DNA of 22,986 bases from Campylobacterales bacterium (lineage in GTDB: Bacteria > Campylobacterota > Campylobacteria > Campylobacterales > Sulfurimonadaceae), in contig JBBRBK010000030.1 of the NCBI GenBank assembly GCA_038205935.1, positions 1-22,986 of the forward strand, read 5' to 3'. Below the pieces are notes generated by a model that worked only from the letters and a program-made list of their open reading frames with translations, was not told the DNA's origin and did not search any database. Positions within the stretch are counted from its first letter, which is position 1, and every line of letters starts with the position of its first letter. The position numbers and the translations under genes were made by a program. This document shows positions 1 through 9,747 of this stretch, one piece after another.

Positions 1-18
1 GCAAAAAGGAAAAGAAAA

Positions 19-795
19 ATGATTATTGATACCCATATACATCTTGATGATGTCAGATATGATGATGATTTTGAAGATGTTCTAAAAAGAGCGTATGAAA
101 ACAATGTAGAAAGATTCATTATCCCCGGAGCAGATCCTTCGACACTTGATAAAGCTGTGACAATTGCCGAAAATCACGACAATATCTATTTTTCAATCGG
201 TGTGCATCCTTATGATATGAATGACTTCAATGAAGAGATATTTGAGCAATATATACATCATCCAAAATGTGTTGCCATTGGCGAATGTGGCATGGATTAT
301 TTCAGGCTAGAAGGAACAGAGGAAGAAAAAGAGAGTGAAAAGAAGCAACAAGAAAAAGTTTTTAGAGCTCAAATACGACTTGCCAAAAAATATAATAAGC
401 CTCTTATCATCCATATTCGTGATGCATCGCATGACTCAAAGATGATACTTTTAGATGAAGACGCTAGCACTGTAGGAGGTGTTTTACACTGTTACAATGC
501 TGATGAAGAGCTATTATCTTTAGCAAAACAAAATTTTTATTTTGGTATCGGAGGGGTCGTTACTTTTAGCAATGCAAAAAAACTCATTAATGTGTTACCA
601 AAAATCCCACTTGAAAAGTTGCTTATTGAAACAGATGGTCCCTATCTTACACCAACTCCTCATAGAGGCAAGCGTAATGAGCCCGCATATACGAGCTTTG
701 TAATAGAAAAAATTTCAGAACTTTTAATTATTGATCGAAAAGAAATAGAAAAAATAACTACTACAAATGCTATGAATTTATTTCATATTTCCTGA
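19..795 (+). CDS. tatD: TatD family metal-dependent DNase/hydrolase
   Basis: IDTHIH N-terminal motif, GVHP, AIGECGMDY, IHIRDA, GVLHCY, ETDGPYL and RGKRNEP motifs; AAGGGA SD upstream. Confidence 0.95.
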   Translation: MIIDTHIHLDDVRYDDDFEDVLKRAYENNVERFIIPGADPSTLDKAVTIAENHDNIYFSIGVHPYDMNDFNEEIFEQYIHHPKCVAIGECGMDYFRLEGTEEEKESEKKQQEKVFRAQIRLAKKYNKPLIIHIRDASHDSKMILLDEDASTVGGVLHCYNADEELLSLAKQNFYFGIGGVVTFSNAKKLINVLPKIPLEKLLIETDGPYLTPTPHRGKRNEPAYTSFVIEKISELLIIDRKEIEKITTTNAMNLFHIS

Positions 796-834
796 TATTT
801 ACACACTTTCTGGGGTCTATTTTTGGCTCATTAG

Positions 835-872
835 CTATTTTAAGATAGAATATTAACCCTATCTTAAAGTAG
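835..872. promoter_or_regulatory. Inverted repeat overlapping the putative mltD -10 box (TAGAAT at 846-851)
   Basis: TTTAAGATAG (839-848) and CTATCTTAAA (859-868) are perfect reverse complements. The stem extends to 14 bp with one G-T pair and has a 10-nt spacer. Confidence 0.5.
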
Positions 873-883
873 AAAGTTTATAT

Positions 884-2107
884 ATGCTCAAGTATTTAGT
901 TTTATTATTGCTTCCGTATGCTCTTTTTGGTGGTCCAAATACGAGTTCGGAAAAATATAAAGATATTGATCTTCTCAAAACATTTGATATTGATCCCTCT
1001 TTTTTAAATGACTCACAACTTAAAAAAATGCAATCTTCTGAATTTATAAAATATAAAAATAATCGTTTATTTCAAGACATGGGAGATGCTTCTGCATTTA
1101 TTCCAAATGTTAGAGAAGTGTTAAATGAATATAAAGTCCCACCTGAATTTTTGTTTGTAGCTATTGCGGAATCAAATTTTTCTGCTAAGGCTAACTCTGC
1201 TAGAAATGCTGGTGGAGTTTGGCAGTTTATGCCTCAAACTGCCAAGCGTTATCATCTTCGTATTGATAAATACGTTGATGAAAGACGCGATCTTGTAAAA
1301 TCTTCAAGAGCTGCCGCAAAATATTTAAGTATCTTACATAACCAATTTGGTAAATGGTATCTTGCCGCTATAGCCTACAACTGTGGAAGCGGATATCTTA
1401 GTCGCGCAATACAAAGAGCGGGGACAGATAATTTACATGTACTTTTAGATGAAAAGAAAAAATATATTCCTGCAGAAAGTCGCAGATATATAAGAAAAAT
1501 TTTGGCTCTAGCCATGGTGGAAAATAATGAAGGACGTTTGCTCGGAGATGAAAATGATGATTCGAACAATGGCTTCGATACTCCGTCTCTTACCGCTGTT
1601 CAAGTTGGTAGTGGTGAATCATTGTCAAAAGTTTCAGATATGCTCGGATTACCAGAAAATGATCTGAAAAAATTCAACCGCCAGATAAATTATGATCTCA
1701 CCCCGCCAGATGCGAATGGCTATGATATTTATATTCCATCCGCTAAACTTTCTGAGTTTAATGATAAATATAACGGAGATAGCGAAAAGAAAAAGTATAT
1801 TGTTTATACGCCAAAACAGGATGATTCTTTACCTTCAAATTCTGGAAAGTATAAAATACAGTCAAAAATCGTAAAAGATTTAAATAAATTGAATACAATG
1901 AAGCTTTTATCCAAACAAGATATTATAATTCCAGTTGCATCTAAAAGTAATATCGTTTTAGACAAAGGGGCGTATACTGTTAAAGATGGAGATAGCTTGG
2001 AATCAATTGCTAAGGCAAACAAAGTGACAATAGCATACATAAAATCAAAAAACAATATTAAAAATGACAGTGTCAAAGCTGGCGATAGGCTTTATATCAA
2101 TGAATAA
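884..2107 (+). CDS. mltD: MltD/DniR-type lytic transglycosylase with LysM domains
   Basis: Signal peptide; SLT motifs AIAES, AGGVWQFMP, DERRD, AYNCG; C-terminal LysM (YTVKDGDSLESIA). Sits between tatD and rlpA as in Helicobacter/Campylobacter. Confidence 0.9.
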   Translation: MLKYLVLLLLPYALFGGPNTSSEKYKDIDLLKTFDIDPSFLNDSQLKKMQSSEFIKYKNNRLFQDMGDASAFIPNVREVLNEYKVPPEFLFVAIAESNFSAKANSARNAGGVWQFMPQTAKRYHLRIDKYVDERRDLVKSSRAAAKYLSILHNQFGKWYLAAIAYNCGSGYLSRAIQRAGTDNLHVLLDEKKKYIPAESRRYIRKILALAMVENNEGRLLGDENDDSNNGFDTPSLTAVQVGSGESLSKVSDMLGLPENDLKKFNRQINYDLTPPDANGYDIYIPSAKLSEFNDKYNGDSEKKKYIVYTPKQDDSLPSNSGKYKIQSKIVKDLNKLNTMKLLSKQDIIIPVASKSNIVLDKGAYTVKDGDSLESIAKANKVTIAYIKSKNNIKNDSVKAGDRLYINE

Positions 2108-2867
2108 AATTCTTATATTTACTCTTATTTTACTTTTTGTGTCAGGTTGTAGTACACGTGGCGTAAGATATTATGGTGGAGGAAATAGCTCTTCATATCA
2201 AGGCTCACAACAAAATGTAAAAGCAACTATGCGTCCATACTCAATTCGTGGTATTACCTATTATCCGACTGTCGTAAGTGTTGGAGATGAGTTTAACGGA
2301 CGTGCTAGCTGGTATGGTCCAGATTTTGATGGGAAGCAAACATCCAGCGGCGAGACTTATGATATGCATGATATGACAGCGGCGCATAAAACATTACCTA
2401 TGAATACGATTGTTCAAGTAACGAGTAAAGAGACAGGAAAGTCTGTCATAGTGCGCATCAATGATCGTGGGCCTTTTGTCGATAGTAGAATCATCGATCT
2501 CTCAAATGAAGCTGCTTCAAGAATCAATATGATTGGAAGAGGAACGGCCTTGGTTTCTTTAAAAATACTTGGTTTTCAAAAAAATGGTAACAGAATTATT
2601 CCAAATCAAAAAGAGCTTGACAAAGGACCAAAAGAGGAAATTATCACTGAATTTGCTTTACAAATTGCTTCATTTTCAAATATAGAGGGTGCGGTTGTTA
2701 CACAGAAAAGATATGACGGACAAGATGGATATAAAACAATTATCAAAGATATACCAGGCGAAAAGACTGCTTTTAAAGTTTGGATAAAAGGTTTTCAAAG
2801 TGAAGAAGAAGCAAGAGACTACAGCGCAAACGGAAAATTTAGAGGCGCATTTATCGTAAAGGAATAA
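2100..2867 (+). CDS. rlpA: Septal ring lytic transglycosylase lipoprotein RlpA (DPBB + SPOR domains)
   Basis: Start moved to ATG 2100 (MNKILIF..., lipobox VSGC). Motifs ASWYG, TAAHKTLP, VRINDRGPF, RIIDLS; C-terminal SPOR-like LQIASF. Confidence 0.93.
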   Translation: MNKILIFTLILLFVSGCSTRGVRYYGGGNSSSYQGSQQNVKATMRPYSIRGITYYPTVVSVGDEFNGRASWYGPDFDGKQTSSGETYDMHDMTAAHKTLPMNTIVQVTSKETGKSVIVRINDRGPFVDSRIIDLSNEAASRINMIGRGTALVSLKILGFQKNGNRIIPNQKELDKGPKEEIITEFALQIASFSNIEGAVVTQKRYDGQDGYKTIIKDIPGEKTAFKVWIKGFQSEEEARDYSANGKFRGAFIVKE

Positions 2868-2868
2868 T

Positions 2869-3441
2869 ATGAAAAATAAAACAAGAACAACAAAAGAAAC
2901 GAATATCACAGTATCTCTAAAACTCTATGGCGAGGGAAAGAGTAAAATAGAAACAGGCGTAGGCTTTTTAGACCATATGCTTGAGAGTTTTGCTAAACAC
3001 GCATTGATCGATTTAGATATTACATGTAAGGGTGACACACATATAGATGATCACCATAGTGTTGAAGACGTGGCAATCGTTTTAGGTTCTTTATTGGCTG
3101 AGGCCATCTATCCTGTTGTTAAACTCGAACGTTTTGGCAATGCAAGTGTTGTAATGGATGAAGCTTGTGTAAGCGCTGATATAGACCTGAGCAATCGCCC
3201 TTTTTTAGTGTATGAGCTTGATTTGGTTGGAAAAGTTGGAACTTTTGATACAGAACTTGTGGAAGAGTTTTTTAGAGCACTTGTGTTCAATGCAAGAATC
3301 AGCGCGCACATCATACAACAGCGTGGAAAAAATAAGCATCACACCATAGAAGCATCATTTAAAGCGCTCGCCGTCGCTCTTCGCCGTGCGACGACTATCA
3401 ATGAAAGAGTCGGTATTCCAAGCACAAAAGATGTTTTATGA
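2869..3441 (+). CDS. hisB: Imidazoleglycerol-phosphate dehydratase
   Basis: RTTKET, GFLDHML, GDTHIDDHHSVED, MDEA, NKHHTIEASFKA, PSTK motifs. Confidence 0.97.
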   Translation: MKNKTRTTKETNITVSLKLYGEGKSKIETGVGFLDHMLESFAKHALIDLDITCKGDTHIDDHHSVEDVAIVLGSLLAEAIYPVVKLERFGNASVVMDEACVSADIDLSNRPFLVYELDLVGKVGTFDTELVEEFFRALVFNARISAHIIQQRGKNKHHTIEASFKALAVALRRATTINERVGIPSTKDVL

Positions 3442-3932
3442 TCAAGCTTTTGGTTTTGGATGTAGATGGATGTTTGACTGATGGGAAAATTATCTATTCA
3501 AACAGCGGTGAAGAGAGTAAAAATTTCAACGTAAAAGATGGTTTTGCCATCACAAACTGGATTAAACTTGGTTATGACATAGTGATCATCACAGGACGAA
3601 AATCTCAACTTGTCGAATACCGTGCCAAAGAGCTTGGAGTCAAATATCTTTATCAAGGTATCAAAGATAAAAAAGCGGTTTTAGAACAGCTTTTAGAAGA
3701 ACTTAAACTCACGATGAACGAAGTAGCAGCTATCGGCGATGAGCTTAATGACTATAAACTTCTCACATGTGTAGGAAAAAGTTTTACACCTCAAGATGGT
3801 GCTGAGTATGTCAAAAATATCGTAGATGTAACCCTTACATGTAAAGGCGGCGAGGGCGCAGTTCGCGAAATGATAGATATAGTCGTTAAAGAAAACAACC
3901 AGCTTGATCAGTATTTGGCTCTTTGGATATGA
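3438..3932 (+). CDS. kdsC: KDO-8-phosphate phosphatase (HAD family)
   Basis: LDVDGCLTDG, FNVKDG, IITGR, GDELND, GGEGAVRE; ATGA overlap with hisB. Confidence 0.95.
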   Translation: MIKLLVLDVDGCLTDGKIIYSNSGEESKNFNVKDGFAITNWIKLGYDIVIITGRKSQLVEYRAKELGVKYLYQGIKDKKAVLEQLLEELKLTMNEVAAIGDELNDYKLLTCVGKSFTPQDGAEYVKNIVDVTLTCKGGEGAVREMIDIVVKENNQLDQYLALWI

Positions 3933-4450
3933 ATATAAATTTCTTTTTTATATTTATATTTACGGCCCTTGCCATGATATATCTGTTTTTTAATCCTACA
4001 AAACTACAACAATTTGAAACAAAAGAGATAGCACAACTTGAACTTTTTAATTTTACCATTTATGATATGGATAAAAATGGATTAAGAAGTGTTTTTAGTG
4101 GCTTAAAAGGGTATAAATTTAAAGACAGATATGAAGTTTCTGATATAAATTATACTGACAATACAAAAGAATACACAGCAAATATTCTCTCAGATTTCGG
4201 TGTTTATAAAGACAATATCGTAAACATGCAAGATCATGTTGTTTACACGAGATCAGATGGACTGACTTTTAAAACAGACAAAGCGTCATATAATCAAGAT
4301 ACAGGCTTCCTTAAAACACCAAGTACATATACTTTATACAAAAATGATGATAAAATCACGGGGACAAAACTAATTTTTGACAGCAAAGAAAATCGCGTAC
4401 AATCACAACAGATATCTGCAACGTATCAAATCAAAGACAATGGAAAATAA
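3929..4450 (+). CDS. lptC: LPS export ABC transporter periplasmic protein LptC
   Basis: Single N-terminal TM helix then beta-rich domain; lies between kdsC and lptA. ATG 3929 overlaps the kdsC stop (ATGA) and is preferred over TTG 3923. Confidence 0.8.
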   Translation: MNINFFFIFIFTALAMIYLFFNPTKLQQFETKEIAQLELFNFTIYDMDKNGLRSVFSGLKGYKFKDRYEVSDINYTDNTKEYTANILSDFGVYKDNIVNMQDHVVYTRSDGLTFKTDKASYNQDTGFLKTPSTYTLYKNDDKITGTKLIFDSKENRVQSQQISATYQIKDNGK

Positions 4451-4929
4451 TGAAAATAAAAACGATTTTTACTCTACTTTTACTCTCTTCAGCCGTTCTT
4501 TTAAGTAATGACTTAAAAGTTGTTTCAAATGCTTTCGATGGCGATGAAAAAAAAGGGATAGGTATATTTACAGGCAATGTTAAAATGACAAAAGGTTCTG
4601 ATGAACTCAATGCCACTAAAGTAACTATCTATACAGATGACAAACATGATCCTATAAAAATGGTTGCAGAGGGAGATGTCTCATTTTTTGTAAAAACAGA
4701 AAATAGCTCGATATATACAGGAAAAGCTCAAAAAGTAGTCTACATGCCAAAGATAAAAGAGTACCAATTTTATACCAACGTTCATTTGCGTCAACTCAAT
4801 GAACATAAACAGATAGATGGAGATAAAGTCATATTAAATACTATTACTGGTAAAGCATTAGCACAAGGGGCCAACAAAGAGCCTGTAGTTATGATTTTTC
4901 ATCTAAAAGATCAAAATGAGAGTAAATAA
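4450..4929 (+). CDS. lptA: LPS transport periplasmic protein LptA
   Basis: Signal peptide; OstA-like IFTGNV, AEGDVSF, IDGDKV; synteny with lptC. Confidence 0.9.
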   Translation: MKIKTIFTLLLLSSAVLLSNDLKVVSNAFDGDEKKGIGIFTGNVKMTKGSDELNATKVTIYTDDKHDPIKMVAEGDVSFFVKTENSSIYTGKAQKVVYMPKIKEYQFYTNVHLRQLNEHKQIDGDKVILNTITGKALAQGANKEPVVMIFHLKDQNESK

Positions 4930-5552
4930 TGATTGAGATCGTCGAAGCCAAATTTATAACATCTGCTCCAAATATAGAAAAAGCACCTCCTTCAGAAAAA
5001 CAAAATGAGATTGTTTTAATGGCTCGCTCAAATGCAGGGAAAAGTTCACTTTTAAATGCATTGGCAAATCATAAAGGTCTTGCGAAAGTTTCTTCAACAC
5101 CTGGAAAAACACGCCTTATAAACTATTTTGATATCACTTTTATCGATAGAGAATTAAATGAAAAAAAATATGCAAGGCTAGTGGATCTTCCAGGCTTTGG
5201 ATATGCAAAAGTTTCTAAGTCGATGAAATATGACTGGGAAAAAAATCTGACAGATTATATCGCCCAAAGAGAGCAGATAAAGCTTTTTGTTCATCTCATC
5301 GACAGTCGCCATCCTGATCTTGAGATTGACGCGGGAGTTTCAGAGTTTTTAGACGAAATCGTAGATCAATCACAAGTCATTTTAAGAGTGTTTACAAAAA
5401 TAGATAAACTCAATCAAAAAGAGCAGAGTGCACTAAGACTGAGATTTCCAGATGCTTTGATGGTTTCAAGCAGTAAAAAGCGCGGAATCTCAAAACTCAT
5501 TTCTGTAATCTATGAAGTTGTAAAAGAGGAGATGACCGATGATAGAGTATAA
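4929..5552 (+). CDS. engB: Ribosome biogenesis GTPase YihA/YsxC
   Basis: ARSNAGKSS P-loop, SSTPGKTRLIN, DLPGFGYA, TKIDK. Confidence 0.95.
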   Translation: MIEIVEAKFITSAPNIEKAPPSEKQNEIVLMARSNAGKSSLLNALANHKGLAKVSSTPGKTRLINYFDITFIDRELNEKKYARLVDLPGFGYAKVSKSMKYDWEKNLTDYIAQREQIKLFVHLIDSRHPDLEIDAGVSEFLDEIVDQSQVILRVFTKIDKLNQKEQSALRLRFPDALMVSSSKKRGISKLISVIYEVVKEEMTDDRV

Positions 5553-5997
5553 AAAAGCCTATCTCAGCGACATTGAATCGATGCAAAAATTGATACAACC
5601 TGAAGTAGAATCAGGTGTAATACTTCCAAGAAGTAATGATGAGATTGCTACTAATATAAGATCCTATATGTTGGCGTTTGATAAAGAAAACCTAGTGGGC
5701 TTTTGTGCTTTACATGTACACTCTTATACTCTTGCAGAGATCCGTTCTTTGATAGTGAGAGATGGTTACAGAGCTAAGCATATAGGCTCTGAAATTGTCA
5801 AGAGATGTCTTGATGAAGCTGCATCTCTTGGCTTGAAACAAGTTTTAGCGCTTACTTATAAGCAAAGTTTTTTTGAAAATTTAGGATTTATTGAGATTCC
5901 AAAAGAGTCTTTACCCGATCATAAGATTTGGGCTGATTGTATAAAATGCAAACATTTTCCAATATGCAACGAAATATCACTTATCAAAAATATTTAA
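5539..5997 (+). CDS. GNAT acetyltransferase, short N-acetylglutamate synthase type (ArgA/ArgO-like)
   Basis: ILPRS, LAEIRSL, LALTY..FFENLGF, LPDHKIWADCIKC..FPICNE, typical of short-chain NAGS-like GNATs. Confidence 0.75.
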   Translation: MIEYKKAYLSDIESMQKLIQPEVESGVILPRSNDEIATNIRSYMLAFDKENLVGFCALHVHSYTLAEIRSLIVRDGYRAKHIGSEIVKRCLDEAASLGLKQVLALTYKQSFFENLGFIEIPKESLPDHKIWADCIKCKHFPICNEISLIKNI

Positions 5998-6422
5998 ATA
6001 TTGTTCTCGTTCTTGCAATATTTTTAGTTTATGAGAGTCTAAGCGACATCTATCTTTTTTTGCCGCCTTTTTTTGCAGTTATGTTTGTTATTTTTATCAA
6101 TTCAATCAAAAATGATGACAGTATTACACTTTTTGCTACCTCTTTTGCTCTGATGTTTTTTGAAGCGCAAAAGGGTTATGTGCTTTTTAGTTCCATCGTA
6201 TATTTTACCTTAGTGTATAGACTTCTTATTTTAAAAATGGACAAATATATCCAGTGTGTCGCCTGTACGAAGATACTGATGGTTTTACTCGCTTATGTCG
6301 GATATTACTTTTTTTCCTACACACTGGCTCAGACATTTTTGTTAAATGAACCAGAATTTAGCTGGTATGTGATCTATTATATTGCCGTAGAGTTCTTTCT
6401 ACTATTGATTTTTAAAGATTAG
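5964..6422 (+). CDS. Polytopic membrane protein, MreD-like
   Basis: About 5 hydrophobic segments; directly upstream of the PBP2 gene, as for the Campylobacterota MreD-like gene. Start placed at ATG 5964 (MQRN); start is uncertain. Confidence 0.6.
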   Translation: MQRNITYQKYLNIVLVLAIFLVYESLSDIYLFLPPFFAVMFVIFINSIKNDDSITLFATSFALMFFEAQKGYVLFSSIVYFTLVYRLLILKMDKYIQCVACTKILMVLLAYVGYYFFSYTLAQTFLLNEPEFSWYVIYYIAVEFFLLLIFKD

Positions 6423-6440
6423 AGTTAAAGGGTATTTTCA

Positions 6441-8231
6441 TTGAGACTTAAAATAATATTGACACTTTTTGCTGTAGCTTGGGTTGCACTGATCGTAAGA
6501 GTTTTTTATCTTTCTATTTCTCATAATGCCTATTATGAAGACCTTTCTGATAGAAATACTATTAAAACAGACTTGACTGCGCCTGTACGCGGAGAAATCC
6601 TAGACAGAAATAATAATCCTGTGGCTATCAACAAGCTAGGATTTAAAGTGGCAATAGCACCACACTTAATCAGTAGTGGTGACACAAGTTTGTTAGATAC
6701 TGAATTGAATGTTTTGATGAAATATATTCCCTCTTTAGATAGAGAGAAGATGAAAAAAGTTTATATGCAAAACGATTCCTATTATAATCAAGATTATATA
6801 CAAGTAGTTGATTTCATTCCCTATGATGCGATGATTCCTGTCTATTCTGTTTTAAATTTAAGGGAAAATTTACATATTTTATCTGCGCCAAAACGTTTTT
6901 ATCCATACAATGATACGGCAGCTCACATTATTGGTTATGTTTCAAACGCCAATCAAAATGATATTGATAAAGATCCTCTTTTATCTGTCATTGGAACTGT
7001 TGGTAAAAATGGAATCGAAAAATATTATAACACCTACTTAGAGGGTGAAGCTGGTGAGAGAAAAATTAAAGTAAGTGCAAAAAATGAGGAGATCGAAGAA
7101 CTTTCTCATAAAAGTCCGGTTGAAAATAAGCAGATCAAGCTTGCTATCGATATGAATTTGCAACAATATATCTCTGACATGTTCAAAGATGAAGCGGGTA
7201 CTGTAATAGTTATGGATGTCAATGGCTCTGTTCTAGCAGCAGGCAGTTTTCCAGAATACGACCTAAACTCTTTTTCAAATGGTATTTCTAGCGATGATTG
7301 GAAAGCACTGATCAATAGCGCTGACAAACCTTTTACAAACAAACTTGTCAATGGTCTTTATCCTCCAGGTTCAATTGTAAAAATTGGACTCGGTCTTATT
7401 ATGATTACAACAGCAATCGATGAACATTCAACTGTAAACTGTACGGGTAGTTATGTAGTTTCAAACCGTAATTTTAGATGCTGGAAAAAAGATGGACATG
7501 GAGAGACTGCTATCAGAAAAGCCTTGCGTGAGAGTTGTGATGATTATTTTTACAAAGGCAGCGTCAAAACAGGTATAGATATTCTAAGCGCAGGCATGCT
7601 CCGATATGGCCTTGGTGAAAAAACGGGCGTTGATTTACCAAATGAATTTGTCGGAACTATACCAAATCGTGAGTGGAAGAGAAGAAAATATCATCAACCA
7701 TGGTATATTGGAGAAACTCTTAACACTTCAATCGGGCAGGGTGATTTATTGGTAACACCAATGCAAGTGGCAAGATTTACAGCACTTTTAGCAACAGGCA
7801 GACTTGTGACACCTCATCTTGTGCAAAAAGTTGGTGATAAAATAATACAACCAGAATTTAAAGAGGTTCTAAATCCAGTAGAAAAACAAAAGATTGATAT
7901 AATCAGAGAAGGGATGTATGATGTATGTAACTCTCCCGGTGGAACAGCAAAAAACTACATACATTCAAAAGTTATTATTGCGGGGAAAACAGGAACAGCA
8001 CAAGTTGTAGGTATCTCACAAGATACTATAAAGAGAACAGAAGAGTTAAATATGGCTTATTATTCACGTTCTCATGCTTGGTTGACTACCTATGGTCCTT
8101 ACAAAAATCCTCAGTTTATTGTTACTGTGCTCGTTGAGCATGGTGGACATGGCGGTAATGCCGCTGGAGAGATTGTCTCAAAGATCTATGACAAACTTCT
8201 AGAAAATGGGTATATCAAAAACAACGATTAA
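6441..8231 (+). CDS. mrdA: Penicillin-binding protein 2
   Basis: TTG start with AAGGG SD; N-terminal TM; APVRGEILDRN; SxxK (PGSIVK), SCD and KTGTAQ motifs. Confidence 0.96.
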   Translation: MRLKIILTLFAVAWVALIVRVFYLSISHNAYYEDLSDRNTIKTDLTAPVRGEILDRNNNPVAINKLGFKVAIAPHLISSGDTSLLDTELNVLMKYIPSLDREKMKKVYMQNDSYYNQDYIQVVDFIPYDAMIPVYSVLNLRENLHILSAPKRFYPYNDTAAHIIGYVSNANQNDIDKDPLLSVIGTVGKNGIEKYYNTYLEGEAGERKIKVSAKNEEIEELSHKSPVENKQIKLAIDMNLQQYISDMFKDEAGTVIVMDVNGSVLAAGSFPEYDLNSFSNGISSDDWKALINSADKPFTNKLVNGLYPPGSIVKIGLGLIMITTAIDEHSTVNCTGSYVVSNRNFRCWKKDGHGETAIRKALRESCDDYFYKGSVKTGIDILSAGMLRYGLGEKTGVDLPNEFVGTIPNREWKRRKYHQPWYIGETLNTSIGQGDLLVTPMQVARFTALLATGRLVTPHLVQKVGDKIIQPEFKEVLNPVEKQKIDIIREGMYDVCNSPGGTAKNYIHSKVIIAGKTGTAQVVGISQDTIKRTEELNMAYYSRSHAWLTTYGPYKNPQFIVTVLVEHGGHGGNAAGEIVSKIYDKLLENGYIKNND

Positions 8232-8240
8232 AAGGTTAAT

Positions 8241-9221
8241 ATGCGATATTTTATCAGTTCATTTATAATTTTAGGTCTCGGCTTATTAAGCGGGTATTTT
8301 TTAGGCGGTTTTGAGGGTGTTTACATTACCGCTTTACTTGTTGTTTTAGAGATCTCTCTTTCATTTGACAATGCTGTTGTCAATGCTAAAATATTAGATA
8401 CGATGGATCCAATCTGGCAGAAACGATTTATACTCTTTGGTATTCCTATCGCTGTATTTGGTATGCGTCTATTGTTTCCTTTAGCTATCGTTTCTATTGT
8501 AACAGGAATGGGACTATTTGAAACCTTACATGTAGCAATAAATGAGCCTCATCAATATGAAGCTATACTAAAAAGCACAGAAACTACGATCTTTGCATTT
8601 GGTGGAGCATTTTTACTTATGGTCTTTTTAGATTTCTTTTTCCAAGAGCATGAGATTACTTGGTTTAAACTCATCGAAGATTCTAAAATGCTAAAACAGT
8701 TTTCTGGAGTTGCAAATATTGAGTTGATTATCGCAATTGTTATAGGTATTGCTCTTGGACATCTTACACAAGATTTTGGAGTTATTTTAGCTTTTATGTA
8801 TGGTGTGTTATTGCACTCTTTATTAGGAATGCTCGATCATTTTCTCTCATCTGATACAGTTAAAAGTGGTATTGCAGGATTTATCTATCTTGAAGTCTTA
8901 GATGCAAGTTTTAGTTTTGACGGTGTTATCGGAGCTTTTGCACTTTCAAGCAATATCTTTATCATTATGATCGGTCTTGGTGTGGGGGCGATGTTTGTAA
9001 GAAGCATTACTTTGTATTTTGTAGAACACAATACTCTTTCACAGTTTCATTATCTTGAGCATGGTGCTCATTATGCCATAGGTGTTTTAGCGATTATTAT
9101 GCTTGTGAAAATAATGATGCCTATAGGTGAAGCAATCACGGGAACGGTAGGAATCGGGTTGATCTCTCTTGCTTTTTTACACTCTATTTGGGAAAACAAG
9201 AAAGCAAGCCGCTTAGAGTAA
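8241..9221 (+). CDS. DUF475 (TerC-clan) integral membrane protein
   Basis: LEISLSFDNAVVNA, FGMRLLFP, YLEVLDASFSFDGVIGAFA, YLEHGAHYAIG signatures; many TM helices. Confidence 0.88.
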   Translation: MRYFISSFIILGLGLLSGYFLGGFEGVYITALLVVLEISLSFDNAVVNAKILDTMDPIWQKRFILFGIPIAVFGMRLLFPLAIVSIVTGMGLFETLHVAINEPHQYEAILKSTETTIFAFGGAFLLMVFLDFFFQEHEITWFKLIEDSKMLKQFSGVANIELIIAIVIGIALGHLTQDFGVILAFMYGVLLHSLLGMLDHFLSSDTVKSGIAGFIYLEVLDASFSFDGVIGAFALSSNIFIIMIGLGVGAMFVRSITLYFVEHNTLSQFHYLEHGAHYAIGVLAIIMLVKIMMPIGEAITGTVGIGLISLAFLHSIWENKKASRLE

Positions 9222-9250
9222 ACCTTTTTATATGGTTTATCAAAGCCGCA

Positions 9251-9670
9251 TTATCCCTCCGTACGAACAATCAAGCTATCAGGCAGATTATACTGCTTGA
9301 TAAGCTCACTCTCTTTTTGGCGCATCTCTCCACTATCTACTTCATGATCAAAACCTAAAATATGTAGCAATCCATGGATAAAAAGGAGAGTAAACTCCTC
9401 TTGTTCAGAATGCTGGAGTTTTTGCGCAACATCTTGCACATATTCGTAAGAGATAATAATACTTCCAAGTGGGGAAAAGGGCATCTTTTCATAGGGAAAA
9501 CTTAAAACATCTGTAGGCTTGTCTATATTTCTATACTCTTTGTTTATTGCTTGGATCTCTTCATTATTTGTCAAAATAAGTTCAATCTCTTGGTTAGTAA
9601 AGTCACAAGCCATGTGCTCTAGAGTTGTAAGGTCAAAATGAAGTGGGGTTCTGTTATCAAAATCAATCAT
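9251..9670 (-). CDS. ybeY: rRNA maturation endoribonuclease YbeY
   Basis: NKEYR..DKPTDVLSFP and HGLLHILGFDHE. Start moved to ATG 9670 (MIDFDN); the upstream extension encodes promoter sequence. Confidence 0.95.
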   Translation of the reverse strand: MIDFDNRTPLHFDLTTLEHMACDFTNQEIELILTNNEEIQAINKEYRNIDKPTDVLSFPYEKMPFSPLGSIIISYEYVQDVAQKLQHSEQEEFTLLFIHGLLHILGFDHEVDSGEMRQKESELIKQYNLPDSLIVRTEG

Positions 9671-9685
9671 AGAGAAATTATATCG
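9671..9685 (-). promoter_or_regulatory. sigma70 -10 box, probable leaderless ybeY promoter
   Basis: Minus strand reads cgaTATAATttctctATG; no SD present. Confidence 0.65.
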
Positions 9686-9707
9686 AAGGTGAGTTGTAAA
9701 AGGGTTG

Positions 9708-9742
9708 AAAAAAGTTAATACAGATAGAATCATCTACCTGTA
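9708..9742 (-). terminator. Intrinsic terminator of the YjfB-like gene
   Basis: Minus strand TACAGGTAGA-TGAT-TCTATCTGTA (10-bp stem, one G-U) followed by TTAACTTTTTT, 5 nt after the stop codon. Confidence 0.65.
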
Positions 9743-9747
9743 AATAA

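Noticed and set aside
5019..5048. EngB P-loop beginning with Ala (ARSNAGKSS)
   Set aside because: Within the [AG]xxxxGK[ST] consensus; not evidence of inactivation.
9206..9249. AAGCCGC direct repeat and weak TAAACC/GGTTTA hairpin between DUF475 and ybeY
   Set aside because: A 7-bp repeat and 6-bp AT-rich stem are within chance expectation.
9671..9733. N-terminal extension of ybeY in the ORF track (likewise rlpA 2064-2099 and 9964-9993)
   Set aside because: Extensions cover promoter, terminator or neighbouring CDS; downstream ATGs fit family N-termini and signals better.
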